Source: Euglena gracilis
Taxonomy: Eukaryota
DNA: 64,000 nt
Reading direction: 5' to 3'
Assembly (NCBI GenBank): GCA_039621445.1
Contig: CP154954.1
Location: 35,015,703 to 35,079,702 of the forward strand
The notes beneath the pieces were generated by a model. That model was not told the origin of the DNA. It made no database searches and was given only the letters and a program-made list of their open reading frames with translations. The translations under genes and the position numbers were made by a program. Positions 48,451-60,566 of the stretch are shown here, in pieces (within the stretch, counting starts at the first letter, position 1; each line of letters begins with the position of its first letter).

Positions 48451-48899
48451 CTTTTCCGCTTGGACAGTAATTCCATTGGTGGTTCAAGTGGGTTGGCAAC
48501 CGTTTGCATGCCAGCTCTCCCATGAATTGTTTTTTCTTTGCTCAGCATTCATTCCGAGCGGAAATGTGAGTTGTGGTACAGAAATAATTCCGGATTCCAC
48601 CGTTTGGAAGGCGATGCATGGGGGGTAAGGTTGATCAGCGCAACCTCCTCTGTTCATCAGCCCCATCGTGCCCTTCGGATCCTCTCCCCTACTCCAAGTC
48701 ACCCCCGCAAGAATGAACCGGCCGCATCCCCAAAATAATTTTTGGTGGAATAGATGGATGTTCAATGACACCGCCATCGGTTTACTTCGGTTTCGGGGCG
48801 CCTCATTATTCCCCGTCCGAGGTCTCATCCCCTCCCCGCCTGCCCAAGCCGGGGTGTCCTCCTCCAAACATAATGAACCAAGCCTCCAAGTGATGATCC

Positions 48900-51800
48900 C
48901 ACCCCACTCAACCGCTCCCTCCCCCGCGTTTCCTCCACGTAGCCGGGCCGGGGAACGAGATCTGGGACATTTGGATGCGTGGTGATCTTTGGAACCGCAA
49001 GTGAACAACGTGATTTGTGGCGGATCCGCATAACGGGGGAACGGTATTTTCCGTTTTTCCGTCAAACCGTCGTGGTGAACGGGTTTTCCCCTCCCGACCT
49101 CTGTATTCCCGTACCTCGCGTGAATCGATGACTCGCGCTCCACTTCGCGAACGTGATCGAAGCGGGTTGAAATCCCGTTTTCGGGCAGGGGGCCAGGTGA
49201 CCGACCGCGAGGACGGGTTTCCCCGACCATACCTCGCATGTGTGACTTGGCCTACCGCTAAAGTCGTCTCTCCGAAGACCGTGAAACTCCCGATTGACGT
49301 GAAAACGCCGAGGAACCCGATCCCCGTGAGGAGGTCGAGCCCCTTGGGCTTCCAATACGCTTTCCGCGCATCGGATTCGGGCATTCCCGAGACATGTGAC
49401 CAGATTTGTTGCACAAAAAGCACAGTTTATCCGTGCCCTGGTCCGAAGAACGCTGATTCCGCGTTTTCGGTCCCGTGGTGGGTGATCTTGGTGACATGGG
49501 TGATTTGCGCAAGGCATTAACCGCACCCGCAGGGATTCCCGCAGTGGGATGCGTTTGGAAAGCGGACTGTATTTGTCCCACTTGTGTGAGCTTGAGTTGC
49601 TTTGACACATAATTCCAACGTTGGGCAAGAGTCATCTCATGCCCTGCCAACTCCTCGCGATGGATATCCTTCACGAGGATGGTGTGAAATGCAACAGAAC
49701 CGCATCGAATTGTTCGCGCATTTGCTTCTCGCTAAGTTCATCAACTTCGGAAGCAAGTGCTAACCATTTGGCATACCAAAGGTCAATGGATTTCCATTTG
49801 CGATCCGATGGCGCGCTTTGTCGCCACTCTTCTCCAGGTAATCCTGGTGACCAGACTTGAATTGGTTGCAGCGTATTGCTCAACCAGGTCATCAAATGAT
49901 ACGCCATTACGTATCACCAAATTGCGTGTGCGTTCTCGCTCCTCCCTCGGTAGGCAATCGATGAATTCCATCTTGACTACCTCGGGATTCGGGTCTTGGG
50001 TGGGTCCCTTTAGTGCCCAATAGTACTCCCAGTCCCGAAAAAATTGTCTCCATGTGGTTGGATCCCCGTCCCATTGGGGCTTCACCTTGTTCGCGATTGC
50101 GATGGTGCCCTTGAAGTCTCTCTGAGTAACCCGCTGACCCTCGGTGGTATTCCAGGGGTTTGGGTCAGGGTAATTCTTAACACCAAACGCGTTTCGCGGA
50201 TTTTTCGCTCTATGTTTAACCCGTGCAGGATTTCCCGCACCAAGTGTAGGGTTGGCAGGAGTCTCCTGCGGGAATTGCGAAAATGTGGTGAAATTCTCCC
50301 GTGGGGCGGGTTTCCCGCCGAAAACCCGATGGGTGTACTTGTAATCCAGAACCCTTTGGTGGTTGGTATGATCGCGAATGCGACACATGACCAATACCAG
50401 GTGTGGGGTGTTGGCTCATTCCTCGTACAAGGTTGGAATGTTGAATTTCTTGGTGGAGACTCGAATTTTCGAGTGGGGGGTCAATTTCCTCATCGGAAAT
50501 GTCGTGCGAAGAGTGAGTTTGTGGTGTTGGCAAATGCAAAGGTGGTACAATTCGCGTTTTCGCGGGTGGTTGTACCAAATTCGCGGTGGATGTAGGGATT
50601 CCTACTCCAGAAATGGTAATTTGAGAACGCGATTCCGGGACATTTGGAATACCAACCGCAGCGCTTACCGCGGTGGATGGTGGCACAACCGTATCGGAGT
50701 GGACATTTTATCCAAACTCGCGGACACGTCATGCATCGTTTCTTCCAAATGATCCACCCACTTGAGCTTGCCGCAAATAACGTCAACCTCAGTCTCCAAA
50801 TGCCTAATGCGTTTGCGGTAACGGGAAAAATCTTCCAAGTGTGGCAACTTTTCAGAAACCAAGTGTAATTCTTGGGCAAGATTTCCTTGGGACTCCTCCA
50901 CATTCCGGAGTTGACCCGCAAGCGCTTTTACCGCATTTGAGACGGTTTGCAATTGGTGGAGTGACTTGGTGGGGGTTTCCACGGTGGTGCGCGAATTTCC
51001 GCGGTTGGCTTTTCCAACAACGCAGAAATTCGTCCATCCAACCGAGAAACCTCATCTTGCATGGATCGGGCATTCCGATTCACGCTTTCCTCAATTTGGA
51101 GCAAACTTGTACAAAATGCTTGCAAGGTTTCCTTGTTGTCACCAAGCACTTTGTCATAAAATGAGCGAAATTCCGGTGACTCGGATATCCGAGCACGCGA
51201 AATGGGGGGTAGTGAGCGGATTTCCGTCACTGTGGTGGACAACAAGGTGCAACGGGTTTGTAATTCCCCAATAGCGGCTTGAATACCACTAATGTCGGGA
51301 ATTCGCTTGGAAAGTGCAGAAACATGCTCCTGCAAACCGACAACGGTGGCATTAATACCGCCAATGTCCGTTTGCATTTGTTGTTGCATGAAATCCAACC
51401 GTTGTGCGCAATCCGCGATTTTCGCGTTCAAGGTGGTTAATCCATCCTGATTTGCGGCACAATGGCAGGATTTTTGCTCCAAGTGTGAAATTCGTTCCTC
51501 CAAAAGCTGGATTTGCGTACGGGGAACAAAATTTTCTTGCACTTTCGCCTGAAATTGCTTCAAATGCTCGATTTCCGAGCCAAGATGCAAAATCCGTTGT
51601 TGTGCTTCTTGGAAAGAAGTGGTAAGTGCGGCAAAATGCTCAACCGCGACAAAGTTACCGATTTCCGGCATTTTGGGGGTGGCATTTTGCGCTTGTAACT
51701 GCTGCTGCAATTGCAGTAACATGGTTGAACAGGATTCCAATTGGGCAAAAAGATGGCTCATACCATCCTGCACATGCAGAAACTTGGAATCATTCCGCGT

Positions 51801-52757
51801 TTCCGCTTCATGCAGCATTTCGCTGATTTGTTGGAAATTTTGTGGAAGTTGGATGCGCAAAATACTGTCAACACTTTCTCGAAAATGCTGAAGGTCTTTC
51901 CCCGCATTTTCAAAATTGTGTTGGCAATATTTGCCGATTTCCTGCAAATAATTCCAGCAACATTCCAGTTTGGTGTTGACAACCCTTTGATTGTCCTCAT
52001 CAAACTGCAAAACTTTGTTGAGCATGGTTGCGCATTCCGCAACGCATTGGTGGACATGCAAAATTTGCTTGCTAAGCGGGTGATCCGCTGGGAGTTGACC
52101 GAGAATTCGGTAAACATCACCGGGGGTGAGGTTATCCCTCAAATCTTCCTCATAGTCCTCCACAATGGAAACGGCACCAGAGATTTCCGGTACCACCAGA
52201 CGCATATCTGGGTTCCATGGCAATGCAGGGAAAACCGCAGCTTCCGCGGGTAATCCCGGCAAAGCGTGAAATGGTGTGGGGGGTGGTAATTGAGGGGGGG
52301 GTTGGAAAAAACACGGTGTTTCCACCGAGTTGCACTCCAAAAGGCCCACCGGTGCTTCCACCGGGGATCTTTTGGGTGTGAACAGAGCAAAGGGCAAATA
52401 CCCCTCACTTTGTTCATGGGTAACATGAGTAACCAAGTGTGAGGATGCAAGGGGTTCATCCCCTCGCCGTATCAATGATGGGTGAATCGGGATGGAGGAA
52501 GGCATTTTGCCACCTACATCCCGCACAATCAATGACAATGATGATGAAGAGGGCTCATTACCCCCATGCAACAATAAAGGCGTTTCGCCTTTTGACAATG
52601 ACAAATGAGTCAAATTGCCTTCTTCTTGCTTGGGGGGTCGGGAATTGGAACTTGTTTCATTCAAACCGTTCCAATCCCCGCAATCTTCATCACAATTGCT
52701 CAATGAACTCATCAACAAGTCATAATCAAATTTGGGGTTGGGGCTTGTGCTCTGCAT
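48900..52757 (-). pseudogene. gag: Gag, unusually long and broken into several frames
   Basis: Overlapping ORF pieces at 50928-52781 (coiled-coil rich, first ATG 52757), 50665-50982, 50216-50686, 49783-50394 (capsid-like KPQWDGDPTTWRQFFRDWEYYW) and 49671-49907. Zinc knuckles CFLCNKSGHMSREC (about 49381-49422) and x-FTCGSKDHHASKC (about 48967-49010). Confidence 0.8.
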
Positions 52758-52983
52758 CTTTTGAGATGGGTAAAAAGGCAAAAACCCAAAAATTCACACA
52801 AATAAGCAGAGAAACAGGGACCAGAAAGGTTGTATCGGCGATTACCGAACAGAGCCTTCTGAGACCTGTATCCTTGCTTAAAGGTTGGCTAGGGGCCAGG
52901 AACAGTACTTTCACCGTGTTTCACGGCTCAGTACGATCCTCACCACCAGTCAACCACAGAGTTTCTCTGTGTGGAACGTCTGT

Positions 52984-53011
52984 GTAGGATCGTTGCCTAA
53001 ATCTGCTACCA
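52984..53011 (-). promoter_or_regulatory. Primer-binding site complementary to an initiator tRNA-Met-like 3' end
   Basis: The minus strand reads TGGTAGCAGATTTAGGCAACGATCCTAC directly after the 5' LTR. The plus strand gtagg-atcgttg-cctaa-atctgct-a-cca has T-arm, acceptor and CCA geometry. Confidence 0.85.
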
Positions 53012-53422
53012 AGTGTACGTCCAAGGACTTCCCTTTGACCCCTTTTGTCCCGGAAAAGCCTGTTTCGCTTTCTCCTGGTGCGCACCTACTTAGGTGAGTA
53101 AAAATCCTTGGAGTAACAAAAGCCCTTTTCCCAATTCCCCTATGCTAAGGCAGAGCACAAAGCAAGGCGCTGTAGAAGGATTTTCCTTCACAGTCGAGTT
53201 CAGTCTTTTCAGAGGTTAATCCTCTTGCTTCAAAACAATCAAAATGTGAAGAATAGAATACCACCTGTGAGGAAAAGAGATCACGCAGGCACGTGTGATA
53301 CGTGTCGCTAAATCCCATAGGATCTGCCACGATCGTCAGGCTGTGTTCATCACAGCCGTCAGATTGTGACGGATCCAGACTCTGTAGGTTTCCCACAGAG
53401 CTAGGATCGTGCCTGGTACACA
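53012..53422 (-). repeat. 5' LTR (411 bp)
   Basis: Direct repeat of 36719-37129, adjacent to the PBS. Confidence 0.96.
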
Positions 53423-56400
53423 CATTTACCAGGTCAGCCCAGGTTACCATGTAAAAATGGACCAAATTGGGCCTTACTCCGAGTAACCGAATGGGTGTTC
53501 CAGGAGGCCCCCAAAGTCAGGGGACCCGTTGGTTTCATGATTATCGTGGTTTAATGGTAAGAAAAACATGCAGCGGGAATGTTGGTTGCAAGAAATGAGC
53601 ACATTTAGATGGGTGCATTCGACCATTCCGGGGGACATTTACCAGGTCAGCCCAGGTTACCATGAAAAAATGGACCAAATTGGGCCGTACTCCGAGTAAC
53701 CGAATGGGTGTTCCAGGAGGCCTCCAAAGTCAGGGGACCCGTTGGTTTCATGATTGTCGTGGTTTAATGGTAAGAAAAACATGCAGCCGGAAGGTTGGTT
53801 GCAAGAAATGAGCAGATTTAGATGGGTGCATTCGACCATTCCGGGGGACATTTACCAGGTCAGCCCAGGTTACCATGTAAAAATGGACCAAATTGGGCCT
53901 TACTACGAGTAACCGAATGGGTGTTCCAGGAGGCCTCCAAAGTCAGGGGACCCGTTGGTTTCATGATTGTCGTGGTTTAATGGTAAGAAAAACATGCATC
54001 CGGAAGGTTGGTTGCAAGAAATGAGCACATTTAGATGGGTGCATTCGACCATTCCGGGGGACATTTACCAGGTCAGCCCAGGTTACCATGAAAAAGTGGA
54101 CCAAATTGGGCCTTACTCCGAGTAACCGAATGGGTGTTCCAGGAGGCCTCCAAAGTCAGGGGACCCGTTGGTTTCATGATTGTCGTGGTTTAATGGTAAG
54201 AAAAACATGCAGCCGGAAGGTTGGTTGCAAGAAATGAGCACATTTAGATGGGTGCATTCGACCATTCCGGGGGACATTTACCAGGTCAGCCCAGGTTACC
54301 ATGTAAAAATGGACCAAATTGGGCCTTACTCCGAGTAACCGAATGGGTGTTCCAGGAGGCCTCCAAAGTCAGGGGACCCGTTGGTTTCATGATTGTCGTG
54401 GTTTAATGGTAAGAAAAACATGCAGCGGAAGGTTGGTTGCAAGAAATGAGCACATTTAGATGGGTGCATTCGACCATTCCGGGGGACATTTACCAGGTCA
54501 GCCCAGGTTACCATGTAAAAATGGACCAAATTGGGCCGTACTCCGAGTAACCGAATGGGTGTTCCAGGAGGCCTCCAAAGTCAGGGGACCCGTTGGTTTC
54601 ATGATTGTCGTGGTTTAATGGTAAGAAAAACATGCAGCGGGAATGTTGGTTGCAAGAAATGAGCAGATTTAGATGGGTGCATTCGACCATTCCGGGGGAC
54701 ATTTACCAGGTCAGCCCAGGTTACCATGTAAAAATGGACCAAATTGGGCCTTACTCCGAGTAACCGAATGGGTGTTCCAGGAGGCCTCCAAAGTCAGGGG
54801 ACCCGTTGGTTTCATGATTGTCGTGGTTTAATGGTAAGAAAAACATGCAGCCGGAAGGTTGGTTGCAAGAAATGAGCACATTTAGATGGGTGCATTCGAC
54901 CATTCCGGGGGACATTTACCAGGTCAGCCCAGGTTACCATATAAAAATTGACCAAATTGGGCCGTACTCCGAGTTACCGAATGGGTGTTCCAGGAGGCCT
55001 CCAAAGTCAGGGGACCCGTTGGTTTCATGATTGTCGTGATTTAATGGTAAGAAAAACATGCAGCCGAAAGGTTGGTTGCAAGAAATGAGCACATTTAGAT
55101 GGGTGCATTCGACCATTCCGGGGGACATTTACCAGGTCAGCCCAGGTTACCATGTAAAAATGGACCAAATTGGGCCGTACTCCGAGTTACCGAATGGGTG
55201 TTCCAGGAGGCCTCCAAAGTCAGGGGACCCATTGGTTGCACGATTGTCGTGGTTTAATGGTAAGAAAAACATGCAGCGGGAATGTTGGTTGCAAGAAATG
55301 AGCAGATTTAGATGGGTGCATTCGACCATTCTGGGGGACATTTACCAGGTCAGCCCAGGTTACCATGTAAAAATGGACCAAATTGGGCCTTACTACGAGT
55401 AACCGAATGGGTGTTCCAGGAGGCCTCCAAAGTCAGGGGACCCGTTGGTTTCATGATTATCGTGGTTTAAGGGTAAGAAAAACATGCATCCGGAAGGTTG
55501 GTTGCAAGAAATGAGCACATTTAGATGGGTGCATTCGACCATTCCGGGGGACATTTACCAGGTCAGCCCAGGTTACCATGTAAAAATGGACCAAATTGGG
55601 CCTTACTCCGAGTAACCGAATGGGTGTTCCAGGAGGCCTCCAAAGTCAGGGGACCCGTTGGTTTCATGACTGTCGTGGTTTAATGGTGAGAAAAACATGC
55701 AGCCGGAAGGTTGGTTGCAAGAAATGAGCACATTCAGATGGGTGCATTCGACCATTCCGGGGGACATTTACCAGGTCAGCCCAGGTTACCATGTAAAAAT
55801 GGACCAAATTGGGCCTTACTCCGAGTAACCGAATGGGTGTTCCAGGAGGCCTCCAAAGTCAGGGGACCCGTTGGTTTCATGATTGTCGTGGTTTAATGGC
55901 AAGAAAAACATGCAGCGGGAAGGTTGGTTGAAAGAAATGAGCAGATTTAGATGGCTGCATTCGACCATTCCGGGGGACATTTACCAGGTCAGCCCAGGTT
56001 ACCATGTAAATGTGAACCAAAAAATTGGGCCTTACTCCGAGTAACCGAATGGGTGTTCCAGGAGGCCTCCAAAGTCAGGGGACCCGTTGGTTTCATGATT
56101 TTCGTGGTTTAATGGTAAGAAAAACATGCAGCCGAAAGCTGGGTTGCAAGAAATGAGCAGATTTAGATGGGTGCATTCGACCATTCCGGGGGACATTTAC
56201 CAGGTCAGCCCAGGTTACCATGTAAAAATGGACCAAATTGGGCCTTACTCCGAGTAACCGAATGGGTGTTCCAGGAGGCCTCCAAAGTCAGGGGACCCGT
56301 TGGTTTCATGATTGTCGTGGTTTAATGGTAAGAAAAACATGCAGCTGGAAGGTTGGTTGCAAGAAATGAGCACATTTAGATGGGTGCATTCGACCATTCC

Positions 56401-59400
56401 GGGGGACATTTACCAGGTCAGCCCAGGTTACCATGAAAAAATGACCAAATTGGGCCGTACTCCGAGTAACCGAATGGGTGTTCCAGGAGGCCTCCAAAGT
56501 CAGGGGACCCGTTGGTTTCATGATTGTCGTGGTTTAATGGTAAGAAAAACATGCAGCGGGAACGTTGGTTGCAAGAAATGAGCAGATTTAGATGGGTGCA
56601 TTCGACCATTCCGGGGGACATTTACCAGGTCAGCCCAGGTTACCACGTAAAAATGGACCAAATTGGGGCTTACTCCGGGTAACCGAATGGGTGTTCCAGG
56701 AGGCCTCTAAAGTCAGGGAACCCGTTGGTTTCATGATTGTCGTGGTTTAATGGTAAGAAAAACATGCAGCCGGAAGGTTGGTTGCAAGAAATGAGCACAT
56801 TTAGATGGGTGCATTCGACCATTCCGGGGGACACTTACCAGGTCAGCCCAGGTTACCATGTAAAAATTGACCAAATTGGGCCGTACTCCGAGTTACCGAA
56901 TGGGTGTTCCAGGAGGCCTCCAAAGTCAGGGGCCCCGTTGGTTTCATGATTGTCGTGATTTAATGGTAAGAAAAACATGCAGCCGAAAGGTTGGTTGCAA
57001 GAAATGAGCAGATTTAGATGGGTGCATTCGACCATTGCGGGGGACATTTACCAGGTCAGCCCAGGTTACCATGTAAAAATGGACCAAATTGGGCCTTACT
57101 CCGAGTAACCGAATGGGTGTTCCAGGAGGCCTCCAAAGTCAGGGACCCGTTGGTTTCATGATTGTCGTAGTTTAATGGTAAGAAAAACATGCAGCCGAAA
57201 GGTTGGTTGCAAGAAATAAGCACATTTAGATGGGTGCATTCGACCATTCCGGGGGACATTTACCAGGTCAGCCCAGGTTACCATGTAAAAATGGACCAAA
57301 TTGGGCCTTACTCCGAGTAACCGAATGGGTGTTCCAGGAGGCCTCCAAAGTCAGGGGACCCGTTGGTTTCATGATTGTCGTGGTTTAATGATAAGAAAAA
57401 CATGCAGCCGGAAGGTTGGTTGCAAGAAATGAGCACATTTAGATAGCTGCATTCGATCATTCCGGGGGACATTTACCAGGTTAGCCCAGGTTACCATGTA
57501 AAAATGGACGAAATTGGGCCTTACTCCGAGTAACCGAATGGGGTTCCAGGAGGCCTCCAAAGTCAGGGGACCCGTTGGTTTCATGATTGTCGTAGTTTAA
57601 TGGTAAGAAAAACATGCAGCCGAAAGGTTGGTTGCAAGAAATGAGCACATTTAGATGGGTGCATTCGACCATTCCGGGGGACATTTACCAGGTCAGCCCA
57701 GGTTACCATGTAAAAATGGACCAAATTGGGCCTTACTCCGAGTAACCGAATGGGTGTTCCAGGAGGCCTCCAAAGTCAGGGACCCGTTGGTTTCATGATT
57801 GTCGTGGTTTAATGGTAGAAAAAACATGCAGCGGGAATGTTGGTTGCAAGAAATGAGCACATTTAGATGGGTGCATTCGACCATTCCGGGGGACATTTAC
57901 CAGGTCAGCCCAGGTTACCATGTAAAAATGGACCAAATTGGGCCTTACTCCGAGTAACCGAATGGGTGTTCCAGCAGGCCTCCAAAGTCAGGGGACCCGT
58001 TGGTTTCATGATTGTCGTGGTTTAATGGTAAGAAAAACATGCAGCTATAAGGTTGGTTGCAAGAAATGAGCACATTTAGATGGGTGCATTCGACCATTCC
58101 GGGGGACATTTACCAGGTCAGCCCAGGTTACCATGAAAAAATGACCAAATTGGGCCGTACTCCGAGTAACCGAATGGGTGTTCCAGGAGGCCTCCAAAGT
58201 CAGGGACCCGTTGGTTTCATGATTGTCGTGGTTTAATGATAAGAAAAACATGCAGCCGGAAGGTTGGTTGCAAGAAATGAGCACATTTAGATGGGTGCAT
58301 TCGACCATTCCGGGGGACACTTACCAGGTCAGCCCAGGTTACCATGTAAAAATTGACCAAATTGGGCCGTACTCTGAGTTACCGAATGGGTGTTCCAGGA
58401 GGCCTCCAAAGTCAGGGGCCCCGTTGGTTTCATGATTGTCGTGATTTAATGGTAAGAAAAACATGCAGCCGAAAGGTTGGTTGCAAGAAATGAGCAGATT
58501 TAGATGGGTGCATTCGACCATTGCGGGGGACATTTACCAGGTCAGCCCAGGTTACCATGTAAAAATGGACCAAATTGGGCCTTACTCCGAGTAACCGAAT
58601 GGGTGTTCCAGGAGGCCTCCAAAGTCAGGGGACCCGTTGGTTTCATGATTGTCGTGGTTTCATGGTAAGAAAAACATGCAGCCGAAAGGTTGGTTGCAAG
58701 AAATGAGCACATTTAGATGGGTGCATTCGACCATTCCGGGGGACATTTACCAGGTCAGCCCAGGTTACCATGTAAAAATGGACCAAATTGGGCCTTACTC
58801 CGAGTAACCGAATGGGTGTTCCAGGAGGCCTCCAAAGTCAGGGACCCGTTGGTTTCATGATTGTCGTGGTTTAATGGTAAGAAAAACATGCAGCCGGAAG
58901 GTTGGTTGCAAGAAATGAGCAGATTTAGATGGGTGCATTCGACCATTCCGGGGGACATTTACCAGGTCAGCCCAGGTTACCATGTAAAAATGGACCAAAT
59001 TGGGCCTTACTCCGAGTAACCGAATGGGTGTTCCAGGAGGCCTCCAAAGTCAGGGGACCCGTTGGTTTCATGATTGTCGTGGTTTAATGGTAGAAAAACA
59101 TGCAGCGGGAATGTTGGTTGCAAGAAATGAGCACATTTAGATGGGTGCATTCGACCATTCCGGGGGACATTTACCAGGTTAGCCCAGGTTACCGTGTAAA
59201 AATGGACAAAATTGGGCCTTACTCCGAGTAACCGAATGGGGTTCCAGGAGGCCTCCAAAGTCAGGGGACCCGTTGGTTTCATGATTGTCGTAGTTTAATG
59301 GTAGAAAAAACATGCAGCGGGAATGTTGGTTGCAAGAAATGAGCATATTTAGATGGGCGCATTCGACCATTCCGGGGGACATTTACCAGGTTAGCCCAGG

Positions 59401-59865
59401 TTACCGTGTAAAAATGGACCAAAATTGGGCCTTACTCCGAGTAGCCGAATGGGTGTTCCAGGAGGCCTCCAAAGTCAGGGGACCCGTTGGTTTCCTGATT
59501 GTCGTGGTTTAATGGTAGAAAAAACATGCAGCGGGAATGTTGGTTGCAAGAAATGAGCACATTTAGATGGGCGCATTCGACCATTCCGGGGGACATTTAC
59601 CAGGTCAGCCCAGGTTACCATGTGAAAATGGACCAAATTGGGCCTTACTCCGAGAAACCGAATGGGTGTTCCAGGAGGCCTCCAAAGTCAGGGGACCCGT
59701 TGGTTTCATGATTGTCGTGGTTTAATGGTAAGAAAAACATGCAGCATAAACGGTTGGTTGCAAGAAATGAGCAGATTTAGATGGGTGCATTCGACCATTC
59801 CGGGGGACATTTACCAGGTCAGCCCAGGTTACCATGTAAAAATGGACCAAATTGGGCCTTACTCC
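53423..59865 (+). repeat. 213-bp satellite subfamily A array (about 30 monomers)
   Basis: Resumes in register at CATTTaccagg and ends at ...ggccttactcc (59865). Confidence 0.97.
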
Positions 59866-60566
59866 TTTGCTTTTGGGTTTTCCCCTTTTGATTTGCCCAG
59901 ATTTCCCTTAAACAGGGCAGGCACCAAAGAGATGGATGTCACTGCCCAGTTGGGGAAGGGTCAGGGCACAAAGGGGGGGGGTTCTCTGTTTTGCCCACAT
60001 GGGCACAGATGTACGGCAGGGCACATAACTGACCAGTGGATAAAGACATTTGGAGCTGAAGATTTTCCGCCTTGCCCAGATTTTTGCCCACAATTCCTTT
60101 TTTTGGCTGCCCAATTCTGGGCACAAAAATCAGGATCCCCTTTTCATGATTGCCCGAATTCCCTCCAGGGTACATTTTTGTTGGCCCCCCCCAGGGCCCA
60201 GGGATGACTGCCCAGGGGGGGTGACAATTCGGGCACATGGGGGGGGGGCGGGCAGATCAGGGCGAGGTTGGAATTTCGACTTGGCAAATTTGACCTGCGA
60301 ATGCCAATTGACATTCCAAGGAATGTTCTGAAGGAAGGGGGTGTAGGATTCGCCAAGTCTGCAATTCCTATATCATGATTGCAAAGTCATTGAAGAACGC
60401 CAATTGTTCTGTAGGGAGCAAAATGCTTACACTGGTTGCGTGGGTCACTGATTGAACCTCCAAGAAGTCCTGTCTTTGTTTGTGCTGTGCAGGAAGTTTT
60501 GAAAAGTTCAATGCAAGAAAAGTCAAAAGTGAGACACTGGGTCCAAGCCAAGAATGGGCACTCAAA
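59866..60566 (-). repeat. Inverted, slightly diverged copy of 27315-28017 at the array inversion point
   Basis: tttgcttttggg...gaatgggcactcaaa is the reverse complement of the first about 703 bp of the 2.4-kb insert. The ORF track is mirrored (27757-27975 + versus 59908-60126 -). Confidence 0.95.

Larger units (their letters stand above)
36719..53422 (-). mobile_element. Full-length Ty3/Gypsy (chromovirus-like) LTR retrotransposon, 16,704 bp
   Basis: Paired 411-bp LTRs, CATTT TSD (36714-36718 and 53423-53427), PBS and PPT. Domain order gag-PR-RT-RNaseH-IN-chromodomain, with IN after RT/RH as in Ty3/Gypsy. Confidence 0.97.
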
